From IMG/VR virus record IMGVR_UViG_3300043411_001314, positions 53,503-117,502 of that record: DNA of 64,000 nucleotides; one strand, given 5' to 3'. A model generated the notes under the pieces. The model worked only from the letters and a program-made list of their open reading frames with translations. It was not told the DNA's origin and did not search any database. The stretch comes from a virus. Position 1 is the first letter of the stretch, and each line of letters starts with the position of its first letter. Of the stretch, positions 9,701 to 19,135 are shown piece after piece. The translations under genes and the position numbers were made by a program.

Positions 9701-12165
9701 AGCCCCTTCGTTCGAGAATCGGTGGCTCGGCCGTCCTGGGTCAACTGTCGACGGCCGTCGCCGGATATGCAGTCCTCGAGCTCGGCGCCGAGATCGACGA
9801 GGTCAAGAAGCAAATCGACGTCGCCCGGACGGATCTTCGGTCCAAGATCGCCGAGGCGCTTGACAGCGGGGTGACCGAGGAGGAGCTGCGCCGGCGCATC
9901 GACTCGGCACCCCAGTACGACTCCGGCCTCTTCACGGAGTGGAGCGGCATCTCGGGGATCAGCTCCGGGATCCCCCTGCCAAACGTCAAGAACATCATCG
10001 GCAAGATCTTCGGCGTGAACACGGACGCCAAGGCACCTGGACTCGAGGAGTTGGAGGGGGAGCTGACGGCTCGGGCGGCCGAGCGGCAGGTTGCGGAAGG
10101 CCAGGCCCTCATCGACGCATTCAATGAGGCATTCTCCAGTTCCGGAGAGAATGGCCTCATCGCTTCATGGGAAAACCTTGGGTTCAAGATTGACCGGGAT
10201 AAGGATCGGCTCCCCCCGGAAGTGAAAGCTGCCCTAGCTCTCCCGGGGATGGACAAGGTCGGCATCGACAGCGGTTTCTCAATGGACAACCTTGTCCAGC
10301 TGCTACTGCTCAGGCAGCAGAATCCGGACCAGAAGATCTACCAGCAGCTTCTGGACTTCATCATCAACCAGGCAAGCATGGACCCAGAGCTGTTGAAGTT
10401 GATCAACGCGGCGACGTCGGCGTTCGATGACAAGACGGCCAAGGACGCGGCCTCAGCTGAGCTCGAGACCGAGGTTAGCGAAGCTCGTACGGCGTTCGAA
10501 ACCGCCATGGGATCACTGGAGGCGGCGAACGAGGCCGGACGGGTGTCCGTGAAGCCACTGATGGACAGGATCGCTGAAGAGCGGGCGTTCTACGTGGAAA
10601 TGATCAACCGAGCCCGCGACGCCGGCAATGAGGATTTGGTCAAAGAGTACGAGCAGATGATCTACGAGCTCGACTCCAAGGCCACGGACATCTTCACCTC
10701 GGACACCGACACCGGGTCCGACATCCGCTCGCGCCTCCTCGAGCTCTCCGGCGTAGGAAACTCGGATCCGGGTGGTACGAGAGTCGAGCAAGCGCAAGGT
10801 GCCTATGACCGGATTGCTGAGGCCCAGGGGATCCTTGTTAGCGCCAAGGCCGAGAAGGCCATGGAGGTCCTGGAGGCCCAGCAGGAAGATCTTGACCAGC
10901 AGATCGCCGACGCCACCGACCCGGCGGAACGAGACCGACTCCTGGCTGAGAAGATTCAGGTGTCGGATGCGATGCGTACCGATCTGGTGAGGTCTCAGCT
11001 CCAGTCGGATCGGCCGGCAGAGATCCGCGACATGGTCGTGGACGCGCTCCAGATCAAGGTGGAGGAGGCGGAGGCTCTGATTGCCCAGGCCATCATCGCC
11101 ACCGACGAAATCAATGAGTCAATCCTGATGGCCGGCCTCGAAGCTCAGCGTCGTCAGCTCCAGGCGGCGATCAAGGCCCTGGGTCCTGCTGGGATCATGC
11201 CGTGGAACAAGAAGGGCAGCAAGCTGAGGGCCAGACTGGAGGAGGTGTTGGCGGCGATCGAGGCCCTCGGGGAGCTCGACAACCCCAACGTCATCAGCGA
11301 TCTCTCCGAACTCGGCGCCAAGGGTGGGGGTAAGAACGGCAAGGACACCGCGTCGGACGCCAACGCCAACGCCGAAGCCTACGGGGCCCTCCTGTCCGCT
11401 CAGCTGGCCCGGGATCCCGTGGCCCAGGCCCGTCAGAACCTGGCCAACGCCAACGCTGCCGTCGGCCGCGCCGACACCGAGGCCGCACGTCTCCAGGCCC
11501 TCGCCGGCCAGGTGTCGGCCCAGCACGCGCTCGAGGACGCGATGCAGGCCATGTGGGAGGCTCAGATCGACGTGGCCAACGCCATGTCCGAGTCGGTGGG
11601 TGATGTGGTGGCCGTGGCCAACCGCAACGCAGCAGTCGCCCAGGAGCGGCTGCGCATCGCCCAGTCGAACGGGACTGGCGGCGCCGAGATCTACGCGCTC
11701 CAGGCGGCGGCGATCCGGGCCCAGACGGAAGCGGTGGAGACGGCTCGCGGCGATCGCGTCGGGGACCTCGAGTACCTCTACGAGTTCGACAAGATCACCG
11801 CCGAGCAGTTCATCAAGTCGCTCCAGGCGGAGCTCCTCCTCATTCCCGAGGCCAACAAGAACGCCCGCCGGGAGATCGAGCGGCGGATCAAGGCTCTGCG
11901 CGACGAGATGTCGTCGAACATGAGCATGAACATCCCGTCGGAGATCACCCTGCCGACGCTGTACGAGGCGCGCCGGCTCAACTCGAACCGCGGTTCGGGT
12001 GGCCCGGCCTGGGGCACCTACAGCCAGCTGCAGTCGATCGACAACAGGATCGTCACGATCAACGTGTTCGAGTCCGGGGACACCCGCCGCACCACCAGGG
12101 CGGTGTCCGAGGCCATGGACGCCTCGCCGAGGTCCGGGTCGTTTGCTACAGGGGAGTGGGTCTGA
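6706..12165 (+). CDS. tape measure protein
   Basis: 1819 aa, Ala-rich helical, follows frameshifted chaperone. Confidence 0.93.
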   Translation: METYKLNFKVGIDKTDVTAFIRDMNRAAAEASSSIAKAASGAQAKVGAGAPGAVATRGIADIEGQLRGRVGLAERSGLFSTGQIRDLQGAVNEIVRLARSGVRKDVTAAGRNLTSDLGASGGKAYRSRVGGVEQSVYRRAEAEAQAAEAATQAAAEEGRLNAWRKNARARLQGSISTENAARAESAKAAELEAAARLKEANEAEKQAAAAKARADKARPIYGPPKPPKSGVAPGVAAAERQAKELAAAQAKLDREQARAQAKAAAAASEPEDAVLKRFGLLPEGGLDYYSKVMGGPGPGLGWARLNAGPTSALDRYRDLNTGIGRNEFANNTVLDGDDKTLAEMSAEARANLTSLERMRQATEELAKAEQYLADLMGLSSRDMSGKLRAAAGPGRLAELLELRAKREGTAGLQDLEGFEAAADQRRANEVKEAKNRYITDDDLDAAVGVKVESERHTNVIRGRAADEKRSNQRLIEADAERIVATNLASSASKRMAADMMRAAGVGREREATPTQRFQAWIANRGGGDNLPRPATDFMQGKQLAASRIMTTASFAASGGLLYGAMSLGSDIMRESTELQVELGIIESQINSLDATANKVSLEKLRDELHKTSVASGVEMNEVANVTRQLAGAFADPETGNANFALAQKEADVALRYSKISGIPQQEITDSMSAISLAFRDVDTDVPLGFERILDTVLALENRFGVLSPEIVKFTADLAPLGKELGFTQEQLSGLGAVAQSRSGRSGTVLSEQLGRILPSLQDQQKKLYELFSLNANTEGAVGDLMKGFSEGDTPEVLRTLVKNYDKLTKEQQNEMASLVGSRREAATFYALLDSPKLTEDVLNGDFVAGGEFENRWDSYEQTVTLSTQRMRRAVEEFGQKLFDAGIDDLLIKGAQFGTVIAAALSGAVSWMTKLNDLMGGHLTTVLLAVGAWRTFGPYVAKAVAAMKGSAAFGGLMGRSGAVPGAAGPMVGAGPFGGMLYAAPPVQGPPAPGTPGAPRQPLRSRIGGSAVLGQLSTAVAGYAVLELGAEIDEVKKQIDVARTDLRSKIAEALDSGVTEEELRRRIDSAPQYDSGLFTEWSGISGISSGIPLPNVKNIIGKIFGVNTDAKAPGLEELEGELTARAAERQVAEGQALIDAFNEAFSSSGENGLIASWENLGFKIDRDKDRLPPEVKAALALPGMDKVGIDSGFSMDNLVQLLLLRQQNPDQKIYQQLLDFIINQASMDPELLKLINAATSAFDDKTAKDAASAELETEVSEARTAFETAMGSLEAANEAGRVSVKPLMDRIAEERAFYVEMINRARDAGNEDLVKEYEQMIYELDSKATDIFTSDTDTGSDIRSRLLELSGVGNSDPGGTRVEQAQGAYDRIAEAQGILVSAKAEKAMEVLEAQQEDLDQQIADATDPAERDRLLAEKIQVSDAMRTDLVRSQLQSDRPAEIRDMVVDALQIKVEEAEALIAQAIIATDEINESILMAGLEAQRRQLQAAIKALGPAGIMPWNKKGSKLRARLEEVLAAIEALGELDNPNVISDLSELGAKGGGKNGKDTASDANANAEAYGALLSAQLARDPVAQARQNLANANAAVGRADTEAARLQALAGQVSAQHALEDAMQAMWEAQIDVANAMSESVGDVVAVANRNAAVAQERLRIAQSNGTGGAEIYALQAAAIRAQTEAVETARGDRVGDLEYLYEFDKITAEQFIKSLQAELLLIPEANKNARREIERRIKALRDEMSSNMSMNIPSEITLPTLYEARRLNSNRGSGGPAWGTYSQLQSIDNRIVTINVFESGDTRRTTRAVSEAMDASPRSGSFATGEWV

Positions 12166-12536
12166 TGGTTGTCAGGTGGACGTTCAGCGGGTCGTTCGGA
12201 TCGGGGCAGTTCCCGATCAACCCCAAGAGGGGCGCCCTCCCGCAGCGGGAGAAGAACGTCAACGTCTCGTCGCAGGCGACGTCGCCCTACGCGAACCCGA
12301 TCATCTTCGAGGGTCGTGAGAACCCGTCGATGTTCCCGTTCGAGGGCTCGATCATCAGCGAGTACCACTACAACTTCATGGTGGCCTGGTTCGAGTCCAC
12401 GCAGACCTGCTCGGTCACCGACGACCTCGGCAACTCGTTCGACCTGTACCTGACCAGCTTCAAACCGACGCGCAAGAACAGACACAACCACGACTGGGCC
12501 ATGGACTACACCGCCGAGGCGGTGATCGTCGGATGA
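12165..12536 (+). CDS. minor tail protein (distal-tail-like)
   Basis: TGATG coupling to tape measure, beta-rich. Confidence 0.6.
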   Translation: MVVRWTFSGSFGSGQFPINPKRGALPQREKNVNVSSQATSPYANPIIFEGRENPSMFPFEGSIISEYHYNFMVAWFESTQTCSVTDDLGNSFDLYLTSFKPTRKNRHNHDWAMDYTAEAVIVG

Positions 12537-14044
12537 GGCGGTCAGGGGCACTCGAGTCGATCTGGGCGTCCGGTCTCTACCTTGGCGACAACCGGGCCAA
12601 CGCCTACGTCACCGTCAACCCGACCTGGCACCTCGAGGAGGACTCGTCGTCGTCCGCCGCCGTCTACGAGCCCGAGCGCATGCCCTTCCGCCGCTGGGCC
12701 GACACGGGGGGGGACATCGAGGTCCCTCGCTCGGTGCTGAAGTCCATCCAGATCAACCGGTCCATCACTGAGGACTGCGCGCAGCTGACCCTCGTCATCA
12801 AGAACGCTGCCCCCGGCGGCGGGCCCAACATCGACCAGCAGGGCTACTTCGCGCTACGCCAGGTGGTGGCCGACTCCAGCTGGGGAAAGGCGCCCACTAG
12901 CTGGGGCGCGCTCGCCTACCCCGGCACGTCAGCCTCCTACGGCTACCTCGCCCCGGGCAGCCTCATCAAGACCTACGAGGGGTACGGCGGTTACAACCTG
13001 TCGCGCCCGGCGGCTCTCGGTGCCGGCAACGTGGTGCCGACGGGCGTGTGGATCGTCGACGACACCAACCTCACCGCCAACGGCGACATCTCAGTGATCG
13101 CCCGCGACCTCGCCGCCCTGCTGGTCGATCAGACCCTGTACCCGCCCTTCATGCCCGACGACTGCTACCCGCTGCAGTTCTACAGCGCATCCTGGAACGA
13201 GGACATCAACGGCGACCCTGACGGGTTCGTGCCGACGGAGACGAACTACGAAGACCTGATCAACATCCCCGAGCTCATTGCCCTTTGGGCGGGGTTCCAC
13301 GCCCCCGATGGCTCGGGCGTTCTCGGGCACGTCGAGCAGACCGGCATCGACATGCCGGCACCCTTCAAGGCCGACTTCTTCGACAAGAAGCAGCCGATCG
13401 ACGTGATCAAGGAGATCCTCAAGATCGTTGGGTACCGCGCCTGGGTCGACCAGGAGGGCGGCCTGCGGATGACGTCGCAGAACATCTGGCAGGCCGGCAA
13501 CCGCCTCTACGGCGGTGGCGAGACCGGGGCGTGTTTCACCATCCATGAGCGCCAGATGCTCACCGCGTTCACCTCGTCGTGGACCCGACGGGCCGACCGG
13601 TCGCGGGTGATCGTATCGCAAGGCAACCCGGCCATCGAGGACGGCGTGAAGCACGCCACCTGGGACTCGACGCAGGACGCTCGGAAGAACCAGCTGCGCG
13701 GCGCGAACTACCCGGCGTTCTGGCAGTTGGACAAAGACATCCCCAAGGAGGACATGACGATCCTCGCCGAGCTCACCGCCATGCGCATGTGGTTCGCCCG
13801 GCATGGTGGCCAGATCACGGCATGGGCCAACCCGCTGATCGACCCGGACGACCAGGTGAAGGTGGTCGAGGCCACTACCTGGGACACGTTCCTACACCGC
13901 GTACAGTCGATGTCGACCACCAACGACATCGAGACCGGCAAGTACGAGATGACCCTCACCACGAACTGGATGGGCCCCGACAACTCCGGCTGGTACATCG
14001 AGATCAACGAGGATGGGCACGTGATCTACAACGGGGGCACGTGA
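12533..14044 (+). CDS. minor tail / baseplate hub-like protein
   Basis: 503 aa; RDLAALL, WVDQEGGL, NPLIDPDD motifs typical of hub proteins; synteny. Confidence 0.65.
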   Translation: MRRSGALESIWASGLYLGDNRANAYVTVNPTWHLEEDSSSSAAVYEPERMPFRRWADTGGDIEVPRSVLKSIQINRSITEDCAQLTLVIKNAAPGGGPNIDQQGYFALRQVVADSSWGKAPTSWGALAYPGTSASYGYLAPGSLIKTYEGYGGYNLSRPAALGAGNVVPTGVWIVDDTNLTANGDISVIARDLAALLVDQTLYPPFMPDDCYPLQFYSASWNEDINGDPDGFVPTETNYEDLINIPELIALWAGFHAPDGSGVLGHVEQTGIDMPAPFKADFFDKKQPIDVIKEILKIVGYRAWVDQEGGLRMTSQNIWQAGNRLYGGGETGACFTIHERQMLTAFTSSWTRRADRSRVIVSQGNPAIEDGVKHATWDSTQDARKNQLRGANYPAFWQLDKDIPKEDMTILAELTAMRMWFARHGGQITAWANPLIDPDDQVKVVEATTWDTFLHRVQSMSTTNDIETGKYEMTLTTNWMGPDNSGWYIEINEDGHVIYNGGT

Positions 14045-14553
14045 TGGGCGTAACCCAAGGTGACCTCGCCGCCGTCCAAGGCCGGGTGCTGTCCTACCAA
14101 GGGCAGCGTGAGTTCAGGTCGTCCCAGCAGGGGGCGATGCGCTGGGCCCAGTTCCGACTCCACGCCGTTGGGTACAGCGACGCCGAGTACGGGCCGTGGG
14201 ATGTCGTGGCTCCCGCCGAGGCCGTTCGGGAGTGCAGGTTCCCGATTGCGTTCGCCGAGGAGCCAATGATGGACGTGATGATCGCACTCGCCGATGGCGA
14301 GACGTGGTCCGGCTCCTATCCAGCCATCACCGCATGCGCTGTCGCCTGGCGACGAGTGAAGGAGAAGCAGATCTTCATCGGGGCGAACGTCGCCCTCTCG
14401 GCGAAGGGCATCGACACCGGGCAGAAGACCGTGGTCACGATCTCGTTCTACGGGCCGGCCTTCACCACGCCCATGAACACCACCCCGGAGATCGAGTTCT
14501 CGACGTCTGGACCGACGTGGGACATGGCCGAGTGGCTGGTGCCGCCGCCATGA
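14044..14553 (+). CDS. minor tail protein (paralog A)
   Basis: TGATG coupling (MGVTQGDL...); similar to next gene. Confidence 0.7.
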   Translation: MGVTQGDLAAVQGRVLSYQGQREFRSSQQGAMRWAQFRLHAVGYSDAEYGPWDVVAPAEAVRECRFPIAFAEEPMMDVMIALADGETWSGSYPAITACAVAWRRVKEKQIFIGANVALSAKGIDTGQKTVVTISFYGPAFTTPMNTTPEIEFSTSGPTWDMAEWLVPPP

Positions 14554-15089
14554 CGGTGATGGCATCTGACGATCTGTCTGCGGTCCAGGGGCGGCTCCTC
14601 GGCTGGCAGGGCGCGCGTGAAACTCGGACCGCCTCTCAAGGTGGTGAACGGTGGGAGGTGTTCTCGGTTCCCCTCACCGGCGCCTCCCTTCCCGGCGGAC
14701 CCACTCCAGTTCTGGCGGCAGTCCTGCGAGCCGAGGTCGACTGTTCGTTCGCCTATGCGTTCCACGATGAGCCCTTCCTGAAGACCAGCCTCTCCCTCAT
14801 GGATGCTGAAGAGTGGGGGATCATCGAAGCACCCACATGCATGTACGCGACGGCCTGCGTGATCAACTGGCGCCGGGTGAAGGAGCAGCAGTTGATCATC
14901 GGGGCGAAGGTCGCTCTCGGCGTCTACGATTACCCCATTCGCGACACCGATATGGGTATGGAGATGATGGTCAGGTTCGCCTTCCATGGCCCTGCCATCG
15001 CTACCCCACTGACGTCTGAAGCTCAGTACGAGAACTCAACAAGTGGTCCCACCTGGGACATGGCCGACTGGCTCGTGGTCGAGCCGTAG
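14550..15089 (+). CDS. minor tail protein (paralog B)
   Basis: ATGA coupling; shares AVQGR, WRRVKE, STSGPTWDMA-WLV with previous gene. Confidence 0.7.
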   Translation: MTVMASDDLSAVQGRLLGWQGARETRTASQGGERWEVFSVPLTGASLPGGPTPVLAAVLRAEVDCSFAYAFHDEPFLKTSLSLMDAEEWGIIEAPTCMYATACVINWRRVKEQQLIIGAKVALGVYDYPIRDTDMGMEMMVRFAFHGPAIATPLTSEAQYENSTSGPTWDMADWLVVEP

Positions 15090-15106
15090 AAGGAAGACGA
15101 AGGAAC

Positions 15107-16396
15107 ATGGCATCCACCACCCCGCTCGGGTTGACCGTCCTCGCCCATGGCGAGAACACCTCAGCCAACGGCCACGCGTTCACATCGAAGGATCCGCTCC
15201 TGGTTGACCGCCTCCTCCGCCAGCTGATGGATCACCGCCACACTGGCGGGACCCCGGCGGCTGAGGTCGCCCCGGACCCGCCGGACCTACTCGAGCTCGC
15301 CACCGAGGGATCCCTCCTACCCGGAACGACCTACTACTACCGGATCGCTGAGATGCGGGGTGGCCTCATCCCCTTCGAGTCGCCGGCTTCAGCCAGTGTG
15401 TGGGTCACCACCTCAGCCGGGTTGACTGCCCCCGAGATCACTACCGCCGACCTCACCGTGGTCACCACGGGGGGCGCCCTCGCTCCCGGGTTCTACCAGT
15501 ACGCCGCGACGGTGTACGACACCTTCTACACCTACGACACGAACTGCCCTTCTCCGGTGAGCGTGATGCTCAGCCCCGGCGATGGCGACGCCCAGCAGGT
15601 GGAGATCGACCTCCCCCTCCTCCCGTCCGGCGCCGACGGTTGGAACATCTACCGTCGCGCTCCGAATGGCCTGAACTTCCACTTGATCGACACGCTGGTT
15701 GGTGATCCTGTCGGCCCGTTCGTCGATGACGGGTCCCTGGTGGAGGGCTCGAGGACCCTTCCCACGCGGAACCTCTCGGCGTGGAAGCGCACGGTTTCCG
15801 TCACCCGCCCCGTCGCCGTCACCGGGGACTGGGTCGTGTACCGCTCGAGGGATGACGCAGACTGGAACGGGACGCTCATCGCCACAGTCGACTCCGCCAC
15901 CGACTCGATCGACGACACGGGCCTGCCTGCCGACTTCCTGGCTCCACATGAGTCGTTCTCGCCCTACTGGCAACCGCAGCGCGTGCGCGGTGATGAGGTC
16001 GTGGAGACGGCGCAGGTCGTCCAGTTCTCCGATCCCGGCACGGCGGCCACGGGCCCCATGACCGGCGAGTGGGTGTGCCCGTACACCGAAGCCCGGATGG
16101 TCAGCCTGACCGCCTCGCTGGCCGCCGGCACCTCCCCGGTAACCCAGGATCTGATCTTCGACGTGGAGAAGTGGGACGGGGTCTCCGCATGGGACGTCCT
16201 GTTCGCCGCCTCCATCGACGCTGCCGTCGACACCGAGACATCCGTGGTCTCCCCCGTCGAGGCCCTGGTGGCCGGCGACCGGCTGCGCGTCAACGTCACC
16301 CAGGTCGGCGACGGTACCGATCAGGACCTGACCGTGCAGTTCCACCTGTGGGCCCACCCGGGGTGGACGGCTGTGACCTGGGACGAGCCTGCCTGA
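15107..16396 (+). CDS. minor tail protein with FN3/Ig-like repeats
   Basis: TYYYRI, WNIYRR, WVVYRS motifs; GDRLRVNVTQVG C-terminal domain. Confidence 0.7.
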   Translation: MASTTPLGLTVLAHGENTSANGHAFTSKDPLLVDRLLRQLMDHRHTGGTPAAEVAPDPPDLLELATEGSLLPGTTYYYRIAEMRGGLIPFESPASASVWVTTSAGLTAPEITTADLTVVTTGGALAPGFYQYAATVYDTFYTYDTNCPSPVSVMLSPGDGDAQQVEIDLPLLPSGADGWNIYRRAPNGLNFHLIDTLVGDPVGPFVDDGSLVEGSRTLPTRNLSAWKRTVSVTRPVAVTGDWVVYRSRDDADWNGTLIATVDSATDSIDDTGLPADFLAPHESFSPYWQPQRVRGDEVVETAQVVQFSDPGTAATGPMTGEWVCPYTEARMVSLTASLAAGTSPVTQDLIFDVEKWDGVSAWDVLFAASIDAAVDTETSVVSPVEALVAGDRLRVNVTQVGDGTDQDLTVQFHLWAHPGWTAVTWDEPA

Positions 16397-17328
16397 TGAA
16401 GGTCCCAGAGAAGGACTGGGGATACTCCTTCAACCACCCCAAGCTCGTCCACCGCCACACCAACAAGTTCAGGGCGACCCCCCTCCCCGGGCAGCTTGAC
16501 TCGATTCCCACAGAGGGCGGCTGGCATGAGGAGTGGTTCTGGACGAACCCGGGTGAAGCGTTCGAGTATGAGTGGGTGGTCCCGGCCACCGTGGAATGGG
16601 TCTATGTGTTCGGCGCTGGCGGCGGATCCAACGACACACAATCGGTGGCCGGTGCAACGTTCGGGATGTTTGTGAAGCCTGTTACCCCCGGGTCGACTAT
16701 ATCTGTCGTCGTCGGATGCTCTGGCAACCTCGACGATGCCGGTCTACCCGACGGCGGCCCCCCTGGTTTCGGTGGGGATGCGCTCGCCTACGGGGGAGGG
16801 GGTTCGACGACTATGTCGGATGGTGGTGGAATCCTCTATGTGGCGCCTGGCGCTGGAGGTAACACCATCATCCCTGGTGGTGGCGGCTCCGTCAACTTGT
16901 CTTGGACCTGGTGGGATCCATCGCCTTTGTCATGGATTGGGTCCTCAATGGTGAACCCGAACCCGATAACCCCTTCCGTCCCGATCGAACAAACTTTGGA
17001 TTCCTACTCGAACGGTGCCCCCGGTTCGGGGGCGGTCGGCGGTGCCGGCGCCGACTGGGTTCTCAGCGGGGACGGCAACCACCTCGCCGGCGGCGGCGGA
17101 GGGGGAGGGTACGGCGGCGGCCCTGGCGGCCCAGTCTACAAGGGCCGACAGGGAGGCTTGTACTGGCATTATGCCAACGGCGGTCGGGCCGGCCGCCCCC
17201 ACGTGGGTGGCGACGCCACATATGCGGGCGCCCCATTCACTGAACTGGTCAACGGGACCCCCCTATACTTGCCGTACACGTCCTACAACGCTGGGTGCGG
17301 GTACCTTTACCTTCGATGGCTTGAGTGA
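16396..17328 (+). CDS. glycine-rich tail fibre / receptor-binding protein
   Basis: TGATG coupling (MKVPEKDW...); GAGGG and GGGGGGYGGG tracts. Confidence 0.7.
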   Translation: MKVPEKDWGYSFNHPKLVHRHTNKFRATPLPGQLDSIPTEGGWHEEWFWTNPGEAFEYEWVVPATVEWVYVFGAGGGSNDTQSVAGATFGMFVKPVTPGSTISVVVGCSGNLDDAGLPDGGPPGFGGDALAYGGGGSTTMSDGGGILYVAPGAGGNTIIPGGGGSVNLSWTWWDPSPLSWIGSSMVNPNPITPSVPIEQTLDSYSNGAPGSGAVGGAGADWVLSGDGNHLAGGGGGGGYGGGPGGPVYKGRQGGLYWHYANGGRAGRPHVGGDATYAGAPFTELVNGTPLYLPYTSYNAGCGYLYLRWLE

Positions 17329-17338
17329 GGAACGTCTG

Positions 17339-17836
17339 ATGGCCAATGATCCCGAAGCCGAGTTCCGCGAGTCCATGTACGGCCACGCCACGAACACGCC
17401 GACAGCAATCCACGAGTCCACCACCAAGTGGCTGGACACCGTGCACGCAGGTGGCATCGGCTTTCAGGCCCGGCCCCAGCAGCCCGTCGGCGTGGTGGAC
17501 CTGGAGCATCGAGCCAAGGATCTGGCCGCCGAGTTTGGCATCCCCACCCCGGGCCTCTCCGGCGTCCGGTGGGCGCGCCTACCGCGATCCTGGGGCCGGT
17601 GCGAAGAGGACAACACCATCCTGATCGCCGACCACGCCGCCAAGGTCCCGGCATGGGTGCTCGACTCGGTCATCATCCACGAGCTCGCCCACCTGTCCCA
17701 CCGCGACCACGGCCCCGAGTTCGAGGCCATCACCGCCCTGTACCCCTACACCGATCAAGCCCATGGCTACATCCTCTCCGTCCAGGACAGGGAGTGGTCG
17801 ATCAAGCGCCCGCCCAAAGGACCCCGCCATGTATGA
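17339..17836 (+). CDS. YgjP/M48-like zinc metallopeptidase
   Basis: WGRC...VIIHELAHLSHRDHGPEF (HExxH plus downstream His). Confidence 0.75.
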   Translation: MANDPEAEFRESMYGHATNTPTAIHESTTKWLDTVHAGGIGFQARPQQPVGVVDLEHRAKDLAAEFGIPTPGLSGVRWARLPRSWGRCEEDNTILIADHAAKVPAWVLDSVIIHELAHLSHRDHGPEFEAITALYPYTDQAHGYILSVQDREWSIKRPPKGPRHV

Positions 17837-18101
17837 CCCCATGATCAGCCTCCCCTACCACGTCGACGGCGTGCAGTTCGACGCGAACATGACCGGCATC
17901 ACCGTCCAGTACTCCATCCCCGAGGAGGTGTCGTCGAAGGGGTCCGAGTACCGCCAACGCAGCATCCCCCTGGGCGTGTCCGAGGAGATCGACCAGATCG
18001 TGGCCGACATGATGGACTCGCTCTGCCAGGTGCTCGACCTCCACACCGTCGTGCTCCGTGCGCCGGCGGACCGGGTGGCGTCTCGGCCGTTCACCAAGTG
18101 A
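17829..18101 (+). CDS. hypothetical protein
   Basis: Overlapping ATG (MYDPMI...), AAGGA RBS. Confidence 0.7.
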   Translation: MYDPMISLPYHVDGVQFDANMTGITVQYSIPEEVSSKGSEYRQRSIPLGVSEEIDQIVADMMDSLCQVLDLHTVVLRAPADRVASRPFTK

Positions 18102-18102
18102 G

Positions 18103-18585
18103 GTGTCCGCGGTCTGGGTGATACTGCTCAGCTTGTGGATCCTGGTGGCCCTGGCCGCCGCCGCCTTCGTCCTCGCCAGACGAGCTCGAGTGTTCAGCTC
18201 TATGCCGCGGACCGGGGACGTCACCTCAGACCGAGACCCCTTCACCCAGGGCCCCTGGGCCGGGACTGAGGGGGCCGTGCTGGTGGACCGGCGCATCCTT
18301 GTCGCCGTGGCCGAGCCCGAGGAGCTCCGCCTGGCCACCTCACACCGGGACCGGGTCAGACTGCTCGAGCGGCAGATCAAGGCCGAGGGCCTCCGGGTCC
18401 CGGTGCGCATCAACCTCGACCAGCGCGGCCAGCTGTGCGTAGCTGATGGGCACCACCGGCTGGCCGTGGCCACCCGCATGGGGGCCGAGCGGGTCCCGGT
18501 GGTTCTCGTTGGCGTGGAGCAGATCCGGGGGTGGTCCAGGCCCGCCGCCTCCTTCTTCATCAGCGCCCTTGTCACCTGTTCGTAA
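18103..18585 (+). CDS. ParB/Srx-like domain protein with N-terminal TM helix
   Basis: EGLRVPV...VADGHHRLAVA motif; hydrophobic N-terminus. Confidence 0.65.
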   Translation: MSAVWVILLSLWILVALAAAAFVLARRARVFSSMPRTGDVTSDRDPFTQGPWAGTEGAVLVDRRILVAVAEPEELRLATSHRDRVRLLERQIKAEGLRVPVRINLDQRGQLCVADGHHRLAVATRMGAERVPVVLVGVEQIRGWSRPAASFFISALVTCS

Positions 18586-18598
18586 TCTTTGATACGAT
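18569..18598 (+). promoter_or_regulatory. SigA-type promoter, leaderless start
   Basis: TTGTCA-N18-TACGAT with TGn extension; ATG 18605 is 7 nt downstream and has no RBS. Confidence 0.65.
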
Positions 18599-18604
18599 GT
18601 TCCG

Positions 18605-19135
18605 ATGAGAAAACTCATCATTGCATCCATCCTTCTACTCTCCGTCGTGGCCTGTCAGCCGGCGCCGGCGCTAGGAGCGCAGTACCACCACTGGTCTGAG
18701 ACACCAGCGGAAGTCAGGGCCGAACACGAGCCCGAAGTGATCCAAGCCTGGATCGACACCTACTGGGCCAACGAGTGGGTGCGTATCTACTGGGAGCGCA
18801 TCGCCGCCTTCGCCGCCGCCTACGAGCACGCCCAGCGGGTGGCTGCCGAACAGGCCGCCTACCCGTCCGGCCAGTGTGGTGGCGACCTGCCCCCGTGCTG
18901 GGTGATGCGCAAGGAGTCCAAGGGGGACATCCGGATCTGGAACGGTGGCTGTTACAACGGTCCGTGTGGTGGGCGCTCCTCGACTGCGTCCGGTAAGTGG
19001 CAGTTCATCCGGCGCACCTGGGCCGGCTTCGGCGGGTACGCCAATGCGGCCGACGCCCCCGAGCGCGTGCAGGACGACAAGGCTCGTCAGGTCTGGGCCG
19101 GCGGCGGTGGCTGTTCCCACTGGAGCGCCTGCTGA
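18605..19135 (+). CDS. lipoprotein with Rpf-like lytic transglycosylase domain
   Basis: Signal peptide with lipobox VVAC; C...RKES.G...ASGKWQF...TW...A..A....QD..A......G.SHWSAC. Confidence 0.8.
   Translation: MRKLIIASILLLSVVACQPAPALGAQYHHWSETPAEVRAEHEPEVIQAWIDTYWANEWVRIYWERIAAFAAAYEHAQRVAAEQAAYPSGQCGGDLPPCWVMRKESKGDIRIWNGGCYNGPCGGRSSTASGKWQFIRRTWAGFGGYANAADAPERVQDDKARQVWAGGGGCSHWSAC

Noticed and set aside
15107-17328. Diversity-generating retroelement targeting tail fibre
   Set aside because: No reverse transcriptase and no template/variable repeat pair seen in the window
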